This document shows positions 13,673 through 26,237 of a DNA stretch of 64,000 nucleotides, piece by piece. A program made the position numbers and the translations under genes. Source of the stretch: Bigelowiella natans CCMP2755 (taxonomy: Eukaryota > Protista > Cercozoa); contig ADNK01001985.1 in the NCBI GenBank assembly GCA_000320545.1, positions 29,166-93,165 on the forward strand. The letters run 5' to 3'. Position 1 is the first letter of the stretch, and every line of letters begins with the position of its first letter. A model generated the notes under the pieces. It did no database searches. It was given only the letters and a program-made list of their open reading frames with translations, and was not told where the DNA came from.

Positions 13673-15339
13673 ATGTCCTACGCCATTGAATGTAAGATAG
13701 GGGCAGCGCTACTTGTAGATTGTAGACTACCTAGAAGCCCATCCTATGATTGACATTTGATCTAGTCCTTCATATCAACCGTAAATACTACCATCTCACT
13801 TATTTAGGGGTTGTCTCCGATCTGCTCAAGGCCTGCATTTCCACGATCCAATTTTCGCTTGCGATTCGCCAAACGCTCAAAACAAGAAACTCAGCAAACC
13901 GCCACATATCCATGTCCTATCTAGTCTACTCTATGAGTTTTAAATAATCTAAGAACAATATGCTTCTTTTTTCTAACAGTTTATGCGCATTTTCTGCCTT
14001 CACTATTCTGGTATGGAGCCTGGTAATATCAGGGATGGGATAGGTAGAGCTTGCCTTTGTGACAAATATTTGACGTCTACTTTCATTACTTACAGACAAC
14101 ACATGATCCTTGGGCTACTGACTGGAGGGTATCTATAACGGCAAATATTGTATCAACCGTAAGTGCAACTTCTGAGGCATAAAATTGTGCAGATAAACAT
14201 ATATCTCTCAGGCTTCGCTGCTGGAGACTCTTCAATACTTGACTCTTCTAGCATCGATTGCGGCTTATACGTCAGTAAATCTGCGGCAAAAGGCACCACA
14301 GTGGGGTTCCAGATTTCTCTCTTTTGGTGATTTCGTGTTGAAATGTTTTGACTTTCAATTTATTGGGAGAAGTGAGTCCCAAACTAATAGTACTTATGTG
14401 TAGGTATGGTTCTAGTCGCTATCTCTTCGATGATTTCCCTCGTGGGTGTCCTCATTACAAGCGATCAAATTTGGCTAGTCTGCCGCCAACTAGTAATTCC
14501 AATCGTCTTCTTCGCCTCAGGTTCCAAACTATCTGTACATGGTACGCGTAGTGTGTATTTCCACTAACATACACGTTGCTACATTAGGCTCTTACTTTCT
14601 ATATTCCATATCACGGCTTTACCATCTCATAAAGACACTACAGCAACAACGTTTCCTCCGCTCTTTGAAGCAGGAGTCAAAGACTACTGGAAGCCAAGTG
14701 GATCATCCGAAATCACACAAAACCTTAACAATCGCGGCCTCTTCTTCCAACTTATACAACAATGAGTATAGCACGAATACCATATCACCCCGAGTTCAAT
14801 CATCACCTGTAAATCTAGTGCGCACATCAACCAATCAGCCTTCCAGCCGCACCACACATGGCGCAGCTATTAGAGATGAGGGCGCTAACAAACGTCCTTT
14901 CCACCACAGCTCTCCACGCTTTGCTCCACGCCAATTGCTGAAAGATGTATCAGCGGACGGTGAAATAAGACAAGCAACATCATGTAATGGTGGTGGTGGA
15001 GGAGACAATATCTCGCAGACAAAGCTTGGTGCTGCCTCGGATAATCGCAAATCCGAAGCAACGATGTTATGAAGGAGTATGATAAGCGCGCAGTCAAGAG
15101 CTAGAGCTGTTGTTGAACACCGAGTTCTACGTAAAATCTGCGTGCTTAGAGCAATTGGGTTCATCTTGATCGTCCCTCTCACATTGATATTTGCATCGTT
15201 CGCACTGATTTTCCTTCAAACCGAAGAAACACGAGAGGAGGCATGGGAGAAAAACAGGAGTTCATACGACGTTGCTGGAGACATGCTCTACTATATAATG
15301 CTATTCTGCAACGGATATGCAATTTTTTATAATCATTAG
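13673..15339 (+). CDS. Seven-transmembrane (GPCR-like topology) protein of unknown family, with an in-frame TGA in the long loop before TM6
   Basis: Manual splicing from MSYAIEWVVSDLLKAC gives 5 hydrophobic helices, a long S/R-rich loop, then KICVLRAIGFILIVPLTLIFASFALIFL and DMLYYIMLFCNGYAIFYNH*. TGA at 15070-15072 sits between two ORFs in the same frame. Confidence 0.6.
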
Positions 15340-15370
15340 AATCATCAGCTTGCTTGAATCGATAAACGAT

Positions 15371-15649
15371 GTAAGTTTGCACATGCGAGGTGCAATATCT
15401 ATTGACATGGGGAAGAGCTTCAAGTGTCAGACGGCGTATTGATTGCGCGAGAGCGCGACATGTGTAATATGTATGGCGACTGCATTGCCGACACAGCTGT
15501 GTGCTACGCATAATTTTCAGCTATGCATGCTGTGTCTAGATGTGTTGAGATGCATTCCTGTGCTGTTTCTCTCTGGCGCAGATACATCATAGTCAACAAT
15601 GTGCGTAACGTGACAATCATATAATCAACCTTTATTTTGGCCGACTAAA
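15371..15649 (-). repeat. Dispersed ~300 bp repeat, copy B (inverted relative to copy A)
   Basis: Reverse complement aligns with 9472-9780. Confidence 0.9.
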
Positions 15650-16295
15650 CTAGTAAGGCAGTCTAAGGCAAGGGCCAATGATGACTAGGGCGCGTGTGAG
15701 CATGGCAGATAGGACATGGAGGAAGAGAATGAACAGAAAGGCGCATGAGCTCATGTAAATGAGTTCCGCATGATCTTGTTGTGTACATGCAAGCGCCACA
15801 ATTTATTCTTAGTTTGCCTTCGTGCATAAAATCACTTTCGCACAATCAAAGTATTCATACCAATGGTGGTAATGCACAGTACAAGAGTAGTACGTAGTGC
15901 TCTAGGCAAACTAGAAATCTTCGACAATAGTTATGATAATTAATAAATTTGACGTTGCAATAATCATTCGACATGCTGCATTCACAGTTGCTGCGTATGT
16001 ACGTCGATATCTAGATACATGTGATGGCGATGCTAGGTTACGTCTTCAACCCTATCAGCATTATTAATACTACTTCTCTCTTCCTCTCCTCATTTGTTGT
16101 GGTGTGTTTGGAGGAGTGAAGAATACTTGCAACAAACACCAGATATTTGTATTTACATCGGTCATATTTTCTTCTCATAGAATCTGTGCTTGCTTGTGTG
16201 TGTGTGTGTGTGTGTGCGTGCGTGCGTGTGTGCCCATTGCCTAGGGAAGGTCGGTAAGACAGCCTCATTCATTTCTCTGTCTCTTCTGTGTACTT

Positions 16296-16595
16296 TTAGT
16301 CCCGGATGCTGTTCGCATTCACACCCCCAGCACCAGCAGCACTGCTACCTTTTGCTGATTGATCTATTTCTCCGCCATTTGTGCTAGTGGCGGCTGGTAT
16401 TCCGCCCGTCTTCTTGCTATCCATTGCTGCTGCTGCCGCTGCTTCTGATGCCGACTTCGCGGCCTTCTCTTTGTCTTCGGTGTTGAATTGCTAAGATGTA
16501 ACAAAGTGTGTGTGTGCGTGTGTGTACCAGATATCAAAAATGATGGGGAGGGCGGGAGGGAGGGAGGGAGAGATAAAGCAACAGTCACTCACTAT

Positions 16596-16628
<33 letters not shown>

Positions 16629-18075
16629 AACTACCTTATTGATCCAAGACTGAACACCACGGAATATTGGCGCTAATACACTATCTGGACTAACTGTTAA
16701 AGAGCCTATTCACCCAACGACACGACATACGCAACATAACGTAACACAACACCAATCAATTACCACAACAAACGATATACTCACCGTCATCATCATCATC
16801 ATAATCATCATCATTCATCATCACCGCTTTAACCATCAAACTTTCATTCTGTATCTACGGTAACTGTTTTGTTGGTTTCAGCATATATACTCACGCTATT
16901 ACTACCTAGCGACGTGGCAGCTCCAGCACCCATCGCAGCACTCATTTCCATCTTCTGCTGCTCTACTTGGTTGTATTGCCTCAACTCATCGGCGCGAGCA
17001 TTCAGACCAAGATCATCTTCCATCTGTGCCCATGCGAGCCAAGATGCCTCCTACGCAAGTTCCAAATTTGTCATCATCATAATCATCATCATCATCATCA
17101 TCATCACTGATATGTTGTTGTTCCTGCTGTCGATATTATAAGGGTTCTGACTGACCGATTTCGAGTCGGCTTTGACTGCACATGAGAAAAGGGTGCGAGC
17201 AAGATTGTAGTTCTTCTCCCTCTTCTCCAGCACCGCCCACGCTTGGAATACCTGCGGAGAGAGATATCAAGGAGGATGATCCTCAGGAACAGTGATAATA
17301 AGGACCACATAACAATCAAAATATGTTGTTCTATTTCTTCTTCTTCTTCTCAGTAACCATATGTGCTATAATACCCTCGACACATCACGCGAGTTTGGCC
17401 CTGCCCATACTCCTTGCTGAAAGAGCTTCCTCGCCATGGTGTAGTCCCCCTCTAGGTACTCGAGAACCCCCCATGCCTGCCAGGCCTGAGAAAGGGGGAG
17501 GAGGAGCAGTAGGAGGAGGAGGAGGAGGAGGAGCAGGGGAAAGATGTAAGCAAGAAGACTAACTGGCGGACGTTATTAGTACAATTTTTAGATATATTTT
17601 CTGGTTTGATAGTATTAGCACGATACAACACAAACACACACCACCACCACCATCACCATCATCGTTTTCTTCCATGATAATACGCATCACCGCCGCACTA
17701 CTACTCATGATTACTGAGAGCACAGAGAACAGAAAAACGAACCGGGATGTGCTTGGCATCAGCTTCTGTGCCCTTCTGCAGTAATTCACGGGCGCGCGTG
17801 ACGTTTCCTATCTCGTATTCTAGCAGCGCCCATGCTTGCAGGATAGCTGCGTCCCTTGGATTAAGTTTGTGCCCTAGATGATGGTGTCGTTGTAATAGTA
17901 GTAGTAGTAGTAGTAGTAGTAGTAGCAGTAGATGATGATGATGGTTATGATGATGACAATGACAACGACTACGTTCAAGATGATAATGATGACGAAGATG
18001 ATGATTGACGTGTAGATAGCTCATCAAAAGGTAGCATAATGGATATCGTCGTCGTTTTTGTTAGCGTTCGTGATT

Positions 18076-18106
<31 letters not shown>

Positions 18107-18779
18107 AAAACCATCGCATCATTACCGTCCTTGAACAGCTGTTCGGCCTTCTCGTAATTGCCCTGCTCCTTCTCCCACACTCCCCACGACAGGTATGTGT
18201 ATCGTGACTTTGGATTGACGGCAAGCGCCTTTTGGTACAGGTACCGCACAACGTCTGCATTGCCGTGTTTTCCTTCCATCTTCGCCCACGTGTGCCATAA
18301 CGCATCGCTGTTACTGACGAGCGGGGAAGCTTTCGTACCGCGCATATACCACTGTCGCGCCTCATCAATGGACCCCATTTGCTCCAAGACAAGGCCGAGC
18401 GATTGGTACAAATACGGGTTCGCAGCGTCCTCGGTGTTCCGAATACCCTTTGTGAATATATCTGCTGCGCGCCTTAAGTTTCCTTGCCGCTTCTCGAGCA
18501 AGCCCCATCCTGTGGCAAACAACAACAGAAACAACAACAAATAATGATTGCTACTACAACATAAATCGAGAGAAAGAGGAGGAGGAGGAGGAGGAGCTAC
18601 CATGCCATGCGGCGGCGTGAGACGACTTTGCGGTTACGGCGCCTTCATAAAGTTTCCTAGCTCTCCCAACATTGCTTTGCTTTGCGTGTAAGTTAGCCCA
18701 CGCCGTCCAGATATACGGGTTGCTTCCAGCAGTCATCCGTGTTGCTTCTTCGTACAGCTCCTCGCCCTCCCCATATCTA

Positions 18780-18817
<38 letters not shown>

Positions 18818-19599
18818 CAAGAAAACTAGCATGCACTAAATCTGATCTCCTTTCTTTTTACGCGAAACAGCAGCAGATTAACGCAGCAACCACGTACCGT
18901 TTCTGGTTCATGAGAAGCGTGCCGAGGCCTATGGAATAATCATTAAGTTGTGTAATTGTGAAGCCGTAGTAAGACAATGTCGGATATTCGCTGATGCTTT
19001 ATATATTAGAGGTGGAAGCATGGAAATAGCATACATACAACATTTAAACGGAAGAATAAAGTTTTTGTGATGAAATCACAATAATGGACTGTGCTCACCA
19101 CAGGGCTGACGAGGTCTTCGTGAAAACAATCACTACTCACTTAGTTCGCATCAACACTAGCATCATCATCATCGTTATCATCATCATCATCATCATCATC
19201 ATCATTACCAACGTACGCGCGTCCATCGGTAGGATTCATTGAGAGACAGCGCTTGAAGATTTTCTCTGCATTCATGCTCGCTCTTTCCTGAAAAGGGGTG
19301 AGGAGGCATTTTAGTCGGTTGGTGTTGCAGCATGTAAACAGGATACATCGCAACTAAACACCTATCTGCATTATCGAGGAGATGGTGTGTTGTAGCGTTG
19401 ATGTCATACCCGGCTATAACCGTCAGGCTGCTTTCGAAACGCTCGGCGCTCAGAACGAGCACGGTAGAGCAGAAAGTCTGTGTTGACTCTTCTGATCTGG
19501 GATGGCTAACGAATGATGCGGGAGAGGGAGGGGCGATGTGGGAGTAGGGGGGGGAGGAGAAGGAGATGATGCAGCAGTCGAAGGATCAGAGGCGTGTAT

Positions 19600-19638
<39 letters not shown>

Positions 19639-20417
19639 GTTCTTGTGTGTCCAATTGTAGTACAATGATTGCTGGTGTACTAATACGATCTACCAACACT
19701 ACTACCTTCATAGATTTACTGGTGTCCTCTATCCTCCGGTTTTCTAATTCGCGCTCCACCATCTCCACGCTATTCGTGGTTGAATGAAGCGAGAGGTGTC
19801 TTCGTTGTCCTATGGTGGTTGGATCCGGTGGTTAAGGTATTCTTTTTATTGAAATGATGCAAGCGACTATCGTTCCCTAATCATAGAGTGGTGCGCCATA
19901 ACGTGCTTGTTTTATTTGAAAATACTTTAAAAGTGTGAGTTCCTACCAGATTGCTTGTAGTCACCGAAAGTTCCCACAGCGGGAAACCGATGGGATTGCA
20001 CAAACAAATGTTGCTGCTGCCGCGACTCGATGGGGCCGTTGCGTATCAGTCTGAGCGAATTGGATAGAGTGACGGTGAAAAATGAGAGGGAGGAAGAGGA
20101 TAATAACGTATACAACATCATCACCCCTCCTTTTCCCTGTTCTTGGTCGAGAAACGGAAGATTTCACAAGTACTATTACACGGTTGGTTCGTCGTCACTT
20201 TCATCAAACGGTTTAGTGAGAACCTGTGGTGGATGCATCCATGTGATGATCGGGATGATGCCGGCGATGATCTAGACCACAATGAGATTCCCATTTCCGC
20301 CCGATCTGCTGGGTTCACCAACCCAATTGTCATCGCAGTTGCTACGATGAGGAGGAGGGAAAGTAGGGGGGGCACCCGAGCTTTTATCGGTGTGCCTACG
20401 TCCCCGAATTCCCTCAT
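16296..20417 (-). CDS. MBB1: HAT/TPR plastid RNA-binding protein, psbB mRNA maturation factor Mbb1/HCF107-like
   Basis: Tandem HAT repeats: NPTDGRAYVGLG, NPYIWTAWANL, SHAAAWHGWGLLEKRQGN, NPYLYQSL, NPKSRYTYLSW, NPRDAAILQAWALLE, ARKLFQQGVWA and SWLAWAQMEDDLG..RADELR. N-terminal signal peptide PLLSLLLIVATAMTIGLV. Confidence 0.88.
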
Positions 20418-20477
20418 ACCTTCCACTTTAAATCTGCTTTCAATTTATTTCGATCCAGCAAATAAGATTTTTTAAAC

Positions 20478-20500
20478 CCCCGCAAACCGGTTTTGCGGGG
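20478..20500. promoter_or_regulatory. GC-rich palindrome upstream of the Mbb1 start
   Basis: CCCCGCAAA-CCGGT-TTTGCGGGG, a 9-bp perfect stem about 60 bp from the ATG. Function is inferred. Confidence 0.35.
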
Positions 20501-21633
20501 AGAGGGTGTGAGGGAAGGGGGGGGCGAGGCTGCTACCACCACCCCTTCTTGTAGTTTGCACAATTTGTTGGAAAACCACAATCACCATAATGCACTCTAT
20601 CTAGGTAATGCGACATGAGAATAATCCTCAAAAAAGGCCCGATAACATCTAATTCATGTCCCGAAAAATCTTCTGAATCTGAAAACTTGGCTAACTTGTC
20701 GCAGAACGTAAAATGGGATACAATTCGCTTCGCCCCGTGCTCGTATTCCGGCTTCCTGCCCCGAGCACGTAAAGTAGGATGCATTACGTTCTCTCTTTTA
20801 AGTGCGATTTTCTGTTGTCGTAAGTCTAAAATATGTTGTATATTCATGTATTAAGCAACAGCCAAAAATCCACAAGAGGGGTTCCTTGACCATGAAGTTA
20901 CCGAAATCTGCATTCCAATATCAATTCAACCTTAAAAGTCGATTGAGATTCTGCAAGATGTCGCTCTATTTTCCATAATATTTGCTTTATTGCATGTCGT
21001 ATTGTGACACGGGCGGGATATTTCTTTTTCAAATAGATACTGGTGCCCATACCTAAACTGAGGGACTATATATGGAAATTATCGGTAGAACATCGTAATA
21101 AATCGTTACAGTATGTAAAGATTAGTGTATCCGCTTTTTCCAAATGATAAGAGAAGAGTATGTTGGAAATATAACTGAAAACATCTTAAAAATTTCGCAA
21201 CTTGCTTCACTATAATTCAAGAGGTAGTTCGGGTATTTGGGTCGGTCGGCGCCCCCCTTGTGTTTCATCCGCTTCGCGCAATCAAGGTTGGGATTAAGAG
21301 AGGATTTGGATACGAAACTATGTTCGTAATAGAATTTAAACCTGGGAGGGTGGTCACTGCTAGCTGGATGAAAATGAGGGAGGCTTGTCAGCGAAAACTT
21401 CGCGCCTGATGGGGAGAACCTACCCCCCCTACCGATTTTTTTCGAGCGTAGCAGATGAAACTTAGCGCCTGTTTCGTTTCATTCCTTCTACAAAGTGCGT
21501 GTTTGGTTATTATTTTCGAGATTTTAGTTGCTCATCGATGGTGATCTTCACCGACGTCGGGAAAACACACGCGACCGACTGTTTCCTTTGTGCACACAAT
21601 GAACAAAGAAAACGTGGAATTTCAGAGACCAAT

Positions 21634-22248
21634 ATGGATCATTTTGAAGAGAAAACGAAGAGATATTCAATGTCATCCAAATCATCTCATTTGTCATCTT
21701 GCTGCTGTTTATCAACAAATATACAGATAGGCCCCTTAGAAGCCCGTCGCCACCACCTAGCATGCTGCGGCCCTCGCCACAATCGCGATCGGCGTTAACA
21801 TCAGCGAGACGTAGGATTCATGGCTGGCGACAAAGAAATATGACCCCCCCCCTCATCATTTTCAGCCTCCTGTCGATACTGGCCTATTCAATTGCTTGGC
21901 ACTCTCCTGTGCGGATCTCTGCTGCCGCTGCTGTATCAAGGGGGAAGTTGTTTTCTATGGGAATACTTTCTAGTAATCCCAGAGCAGCAAGGATGACGTC
22001 TATGGCTAGACCTCCAGTAACACAATCGCCTTTATTTATAACGGGTGTGGATGGAAGAATATCGCCCATGCACATTCGTGCTACTACTACTACTGCTGTG
22101 TCCTCATCAACATCTGGAGCTGACGAGGAGACAATAACGACAACAGCATCACCTCCAGTAGAAACGACTACTGCGCCGTCAAAAAAACAGAATGATGAGG
22201 TAGTAGCTGATTGCCATTAGTAGTAGTCGTAGCAGTAGTAGTAGTAGT

Positions 22249-22282
<34 letters not shown>

Positions 22283-22339
22283 TGATGTTGAATATACATG
22301 TCTATGTGTTGAGGTTTTGGAAGGTCATCATGCAAATGA

Positions 22340-22384
<45 letters not shown>

Positions 22385-24429
22385 CTGGACATTATCAGCT
22401 TGAGAAAATATCGGAGGCCTTGTCTAAGGTGAAGACCACACCTGCGGCAATTGCGAGCTTGATACGGTAAGATCACATCACTCACCCTCATTGTATATGT
22501 GTGCGAAGTAGTATATGTCGGTGAGTAGTAGCACAAGTAGTAATAACAGAAGTGAAGTACTAGTGTAGCTCTAGCAACATGAAAAATCTATGGCGATGAA
22601 GTACACGCTGCATTTATCTCTACCTACAGGCGACACGAAGATGTAATGAGCCTTCTCACATCTTTGGACGAAGAGATAGAGATGGCTATCAACGCTCCCT
22701 CGAACGAAAATGACGGAAAACTGGAAGAAATACTCCGAATGAGGGTACAAACAACCACTAGAGAAGAACACAAATATGAGAAACCGAGCTAGATCATCAG
22801 TTTCGCAGCTTTGCTTTCGTCAACTGGAGGAGATTGATGACAGGCTACAGTTGTGTCATTTTGTCCGGTCTATCTCGAATTCTGAATCAATCAATGATGC
22901 CTCACATTTCATTTATTCATCTATGATCCTCCTCCCGCTCAAACCAGGCCACACTTCGCGAGGAGCTACTTCCCGTCGCCAAAACTATTGAAGAGTGGAA
23001 GAAGTTTGCCGCAGCTGCAATTGCCGAACAGACTGGTATTACTGGCATATAACGAGATCTGATATGGCGAGACCTGCGTCTTGTACTGATGATATATCTC
23101 CGAGGAGATGCAGCGACAGAAAGCGGGAGGGGGCTCACAAACTATGAAACCATATATGTTATAATATATTATACTAAAATATATCCTCTACATATGGTGT
23201 TCGTCCGTTGTAATATTCATCGTTTCCTTCTGAAATCTGTGTTTTTTCCTGGTGCGGCATGTGTGTATTTGAATCTATATTTCAGGGGTGGTTGTGGCAA
23301 CCCCATCAACAGAGTAAGAAAAACTAACGTCTGGAAGGGGGGGGGGGGGGTAAGGGTAGAGAAATATGTTCCATTCATGATGAGGTGCGTTGTTGATGTC
23401 AATGGTGTTGTTTTTCTATGAATATTTAGAGGACACTGGTATCCGGCCTACTTCTCATCGAATCTCCCGCAAGTCAGTAGTAGTACATATATACAAATAC
23501 AGAATGATACCTGTCATAGTAACGGTATTCGTGTGGGCGCTTGCATATTTATATCACTCCACACACGTATTATACCGTAAGCGTCGTAAGTTTGACATTT
23601 CTTATACAACGGTGCTGCTCGTCTATATACCGGCCGTTGGTTGCTGATTATTCTCAGGGCGAATTGGCAAGCATTGAGCTGTTCGGTAGGCCATGGGTTC
23701 TTTTCAGGGACGAGACGTAAGAAATGCAGGCTGTTTGCATGCCGTGCAGATAACGCTCTTTCTTTGCTTCACAATAAACACGATGGAATTCTCCTGACTC
23801 TTCATCTCCTATCAAATCGAAGATAGTACGACGAATGATGATAGCAATGTTGCTGCTGGCATTGGGGGTGTAGACAGAATATTACCAAAAGGGATTGATC
23901 TTTATGCGTGCAATGACAGGGGCGATGTGGGATGTATTCATGACCAATGTGCACATCGAGCCTGCCCGTTGTCCCTTGGTAGTTTTACCACTAATTTATC
24001 ATCACATCATCAGCAACAATGCAATTAGAGAGAGAAAAGAATTTGGGGGGGGGGGGGAGAAAAGAGTTTGAGGAAGAAGAGAAGGCTAAGGGGGGGCTTA
24101 TTGAAAAGTTCGAAATGCGTGCGTGCAAGCAGCTATGCTGCATATGCTTGTTCATTAGTAGACATACCGATATGGGGTATCCATCATCAGAGTTGCCAAT
24201 GCTCATGACGAACAGCATGCACGTATATGTGAAAATCATGATGTAAATATATATGGTGGGTGTGTATTATATGATATACTGATCTGATCGAGTAGGAAAG
24301 GTCGTCGGAGGTACAGTGGAGTGTCCGTATCATGGGTGGAAGTTTGACCAGAAAGGCGATTGTAAGGTGGTGCTTAACAGCAGCAGACGTGGCTAGTAGA
24401 AAGAAGCAAGTTCAACATTAAAATATGTA

Positions 24430-24479
<50 letters not shown>

Positions 24480-25396
24480 GTGTGTGTGTGTGTGTGTGTG
24501 TAAGACGGTGAAGCAACTAAACTTTGCTTTGTTCCCTCCATCTCATCCTCCTACGATCAAAGGCGATGCCTTCAACGCGTATGTGCAAAGGCATTTCAGT
24601 TGATTCCCTACCGGTAACTGCCTACCTCCCCCCCTTTGCGTCATCTACTTACTTCTTGTTCTTGTTCTTCTTCTTGATACCATGGTACCAGTGCGCGGAC
24701 TTCCATGCATATATCTGGCGCAGCTTAGCAAATTTTTATAACCATTTATGATATTCTAGCCATAAGAGTGCATTCCCCTGCCCTGATGGCGATTTTTGTT
24801 GTATTGACCTCAATGCCGCCATCATCATCATCATCATCATCATCATTACCATCATCATCATTGCCATCCTAATGATTAACATCCCTGTTGCAGATCGAGG
24901 AAAAGGATGGGCTCATATGGCTTTGGAACGATGGGGGTGCACAATCGCAAGAAGACGACGACCTCTTTAGCAAGCCTACTGCTGCGTCGATACCCAACTT
25001 GAACTTTCTTGTGGTAATAGGAGAAGCGTAATAGTCATAAAGAAAGATGAGATCATAGTACTGCTACCAGTCTTTGTGTGGAGGAGGAGCAGTAGTGTAG
25101 AACTAGTAGTATCAGCAGTGTAGACCATACATAAATTGGTGGTGTGTCTAACCTTTGCGACATAGGATGGTGAGGAGGAAGGCTTCACAGCTGAGCTTTC
25201 ACGGGAGGTCGAAAGGAATCAATGAATAAAAGAAGACGAAGAAGAAGAAGAAGAAGATGATGATGATGATGACGACGATGATAATGATGATGAGGTGGAG
25301 AAGGTTTTATGATTATTGCCTCTAAATCTATCTTCAAGCAAATTTGTTGCCTCAAGAAGAGAAAGGGGGGGGGCGGGGGGAGGGGAGCGAGAGGGA

Positions 25397-25439
<43 letters not shown>

Positions 25440-25704
25440 GAGAGGGAATCCTCCATCTCCACGACTATGGTCATCGGGACAAGAAGTTAATGTCCATAGT
25501 TTTATTTCTTCTTACACTGTTGGTCTACTATTATTTACCAGATCGCAGTAGACTATACCGTGTTGGTGGAGTCGCTACAGCACATAGCCTATGAACCCAT
25601 TCGAAAACTACCGGAGATCACGCAAAGTATGTCCTGTGAGTTGGCCTTTAAGGACAATACTTTGTGTGGTTGCGAAATCGATGATGATGATGATGATAAT
25701 GGCA

Positions 25705-25739
<35 letters not shown>

Positions 25740-25872
25740 AGCCAAGGAAAGTGTTGAGACAAGAAAATTGAAATGGGGAAGTCTTAACTTCATTTCGAAT
25801 TTGTGACGTAAAGCTTTGGTAATTTTCACCATCCTCGTTTGAAGATGTGACGAAGTATCTGTATACCCTTCC

Positions 25873-25904
<32 letters not shown>

Positions 25905-26180
25905 TAGATCTCCCATGGCCTGAGCAGCTAACTTTCCATGCCTCCCGACTTCTGGCCGGCGACCTCATCCCGTCCCATTCTCCTTCTGAAAAGCAAGAAG
26001 AAGCTTCTGCTGAGGGAGGACATCACAGAAGAATGGGAACTCTCCAGGCTGCTCCAGGGGTGTATATATCAAGTCTTGAACTGAAAGAGGGAGGCGGGGA
26101 GAAAACCGACAAACCGAGTTTTACAGGCGGGAAAGTGCATCAAATGCACTCAATTGTGCCCATCAGGCCTGGTCATATAC

Positions 26181-26237
<57 letters not shown>

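Noticed and set aside
9460-15660. Intact autonomous DNA transposon
   Set aside because: No transposase and no target-site duplication. The inverted copies are heavily diverged.
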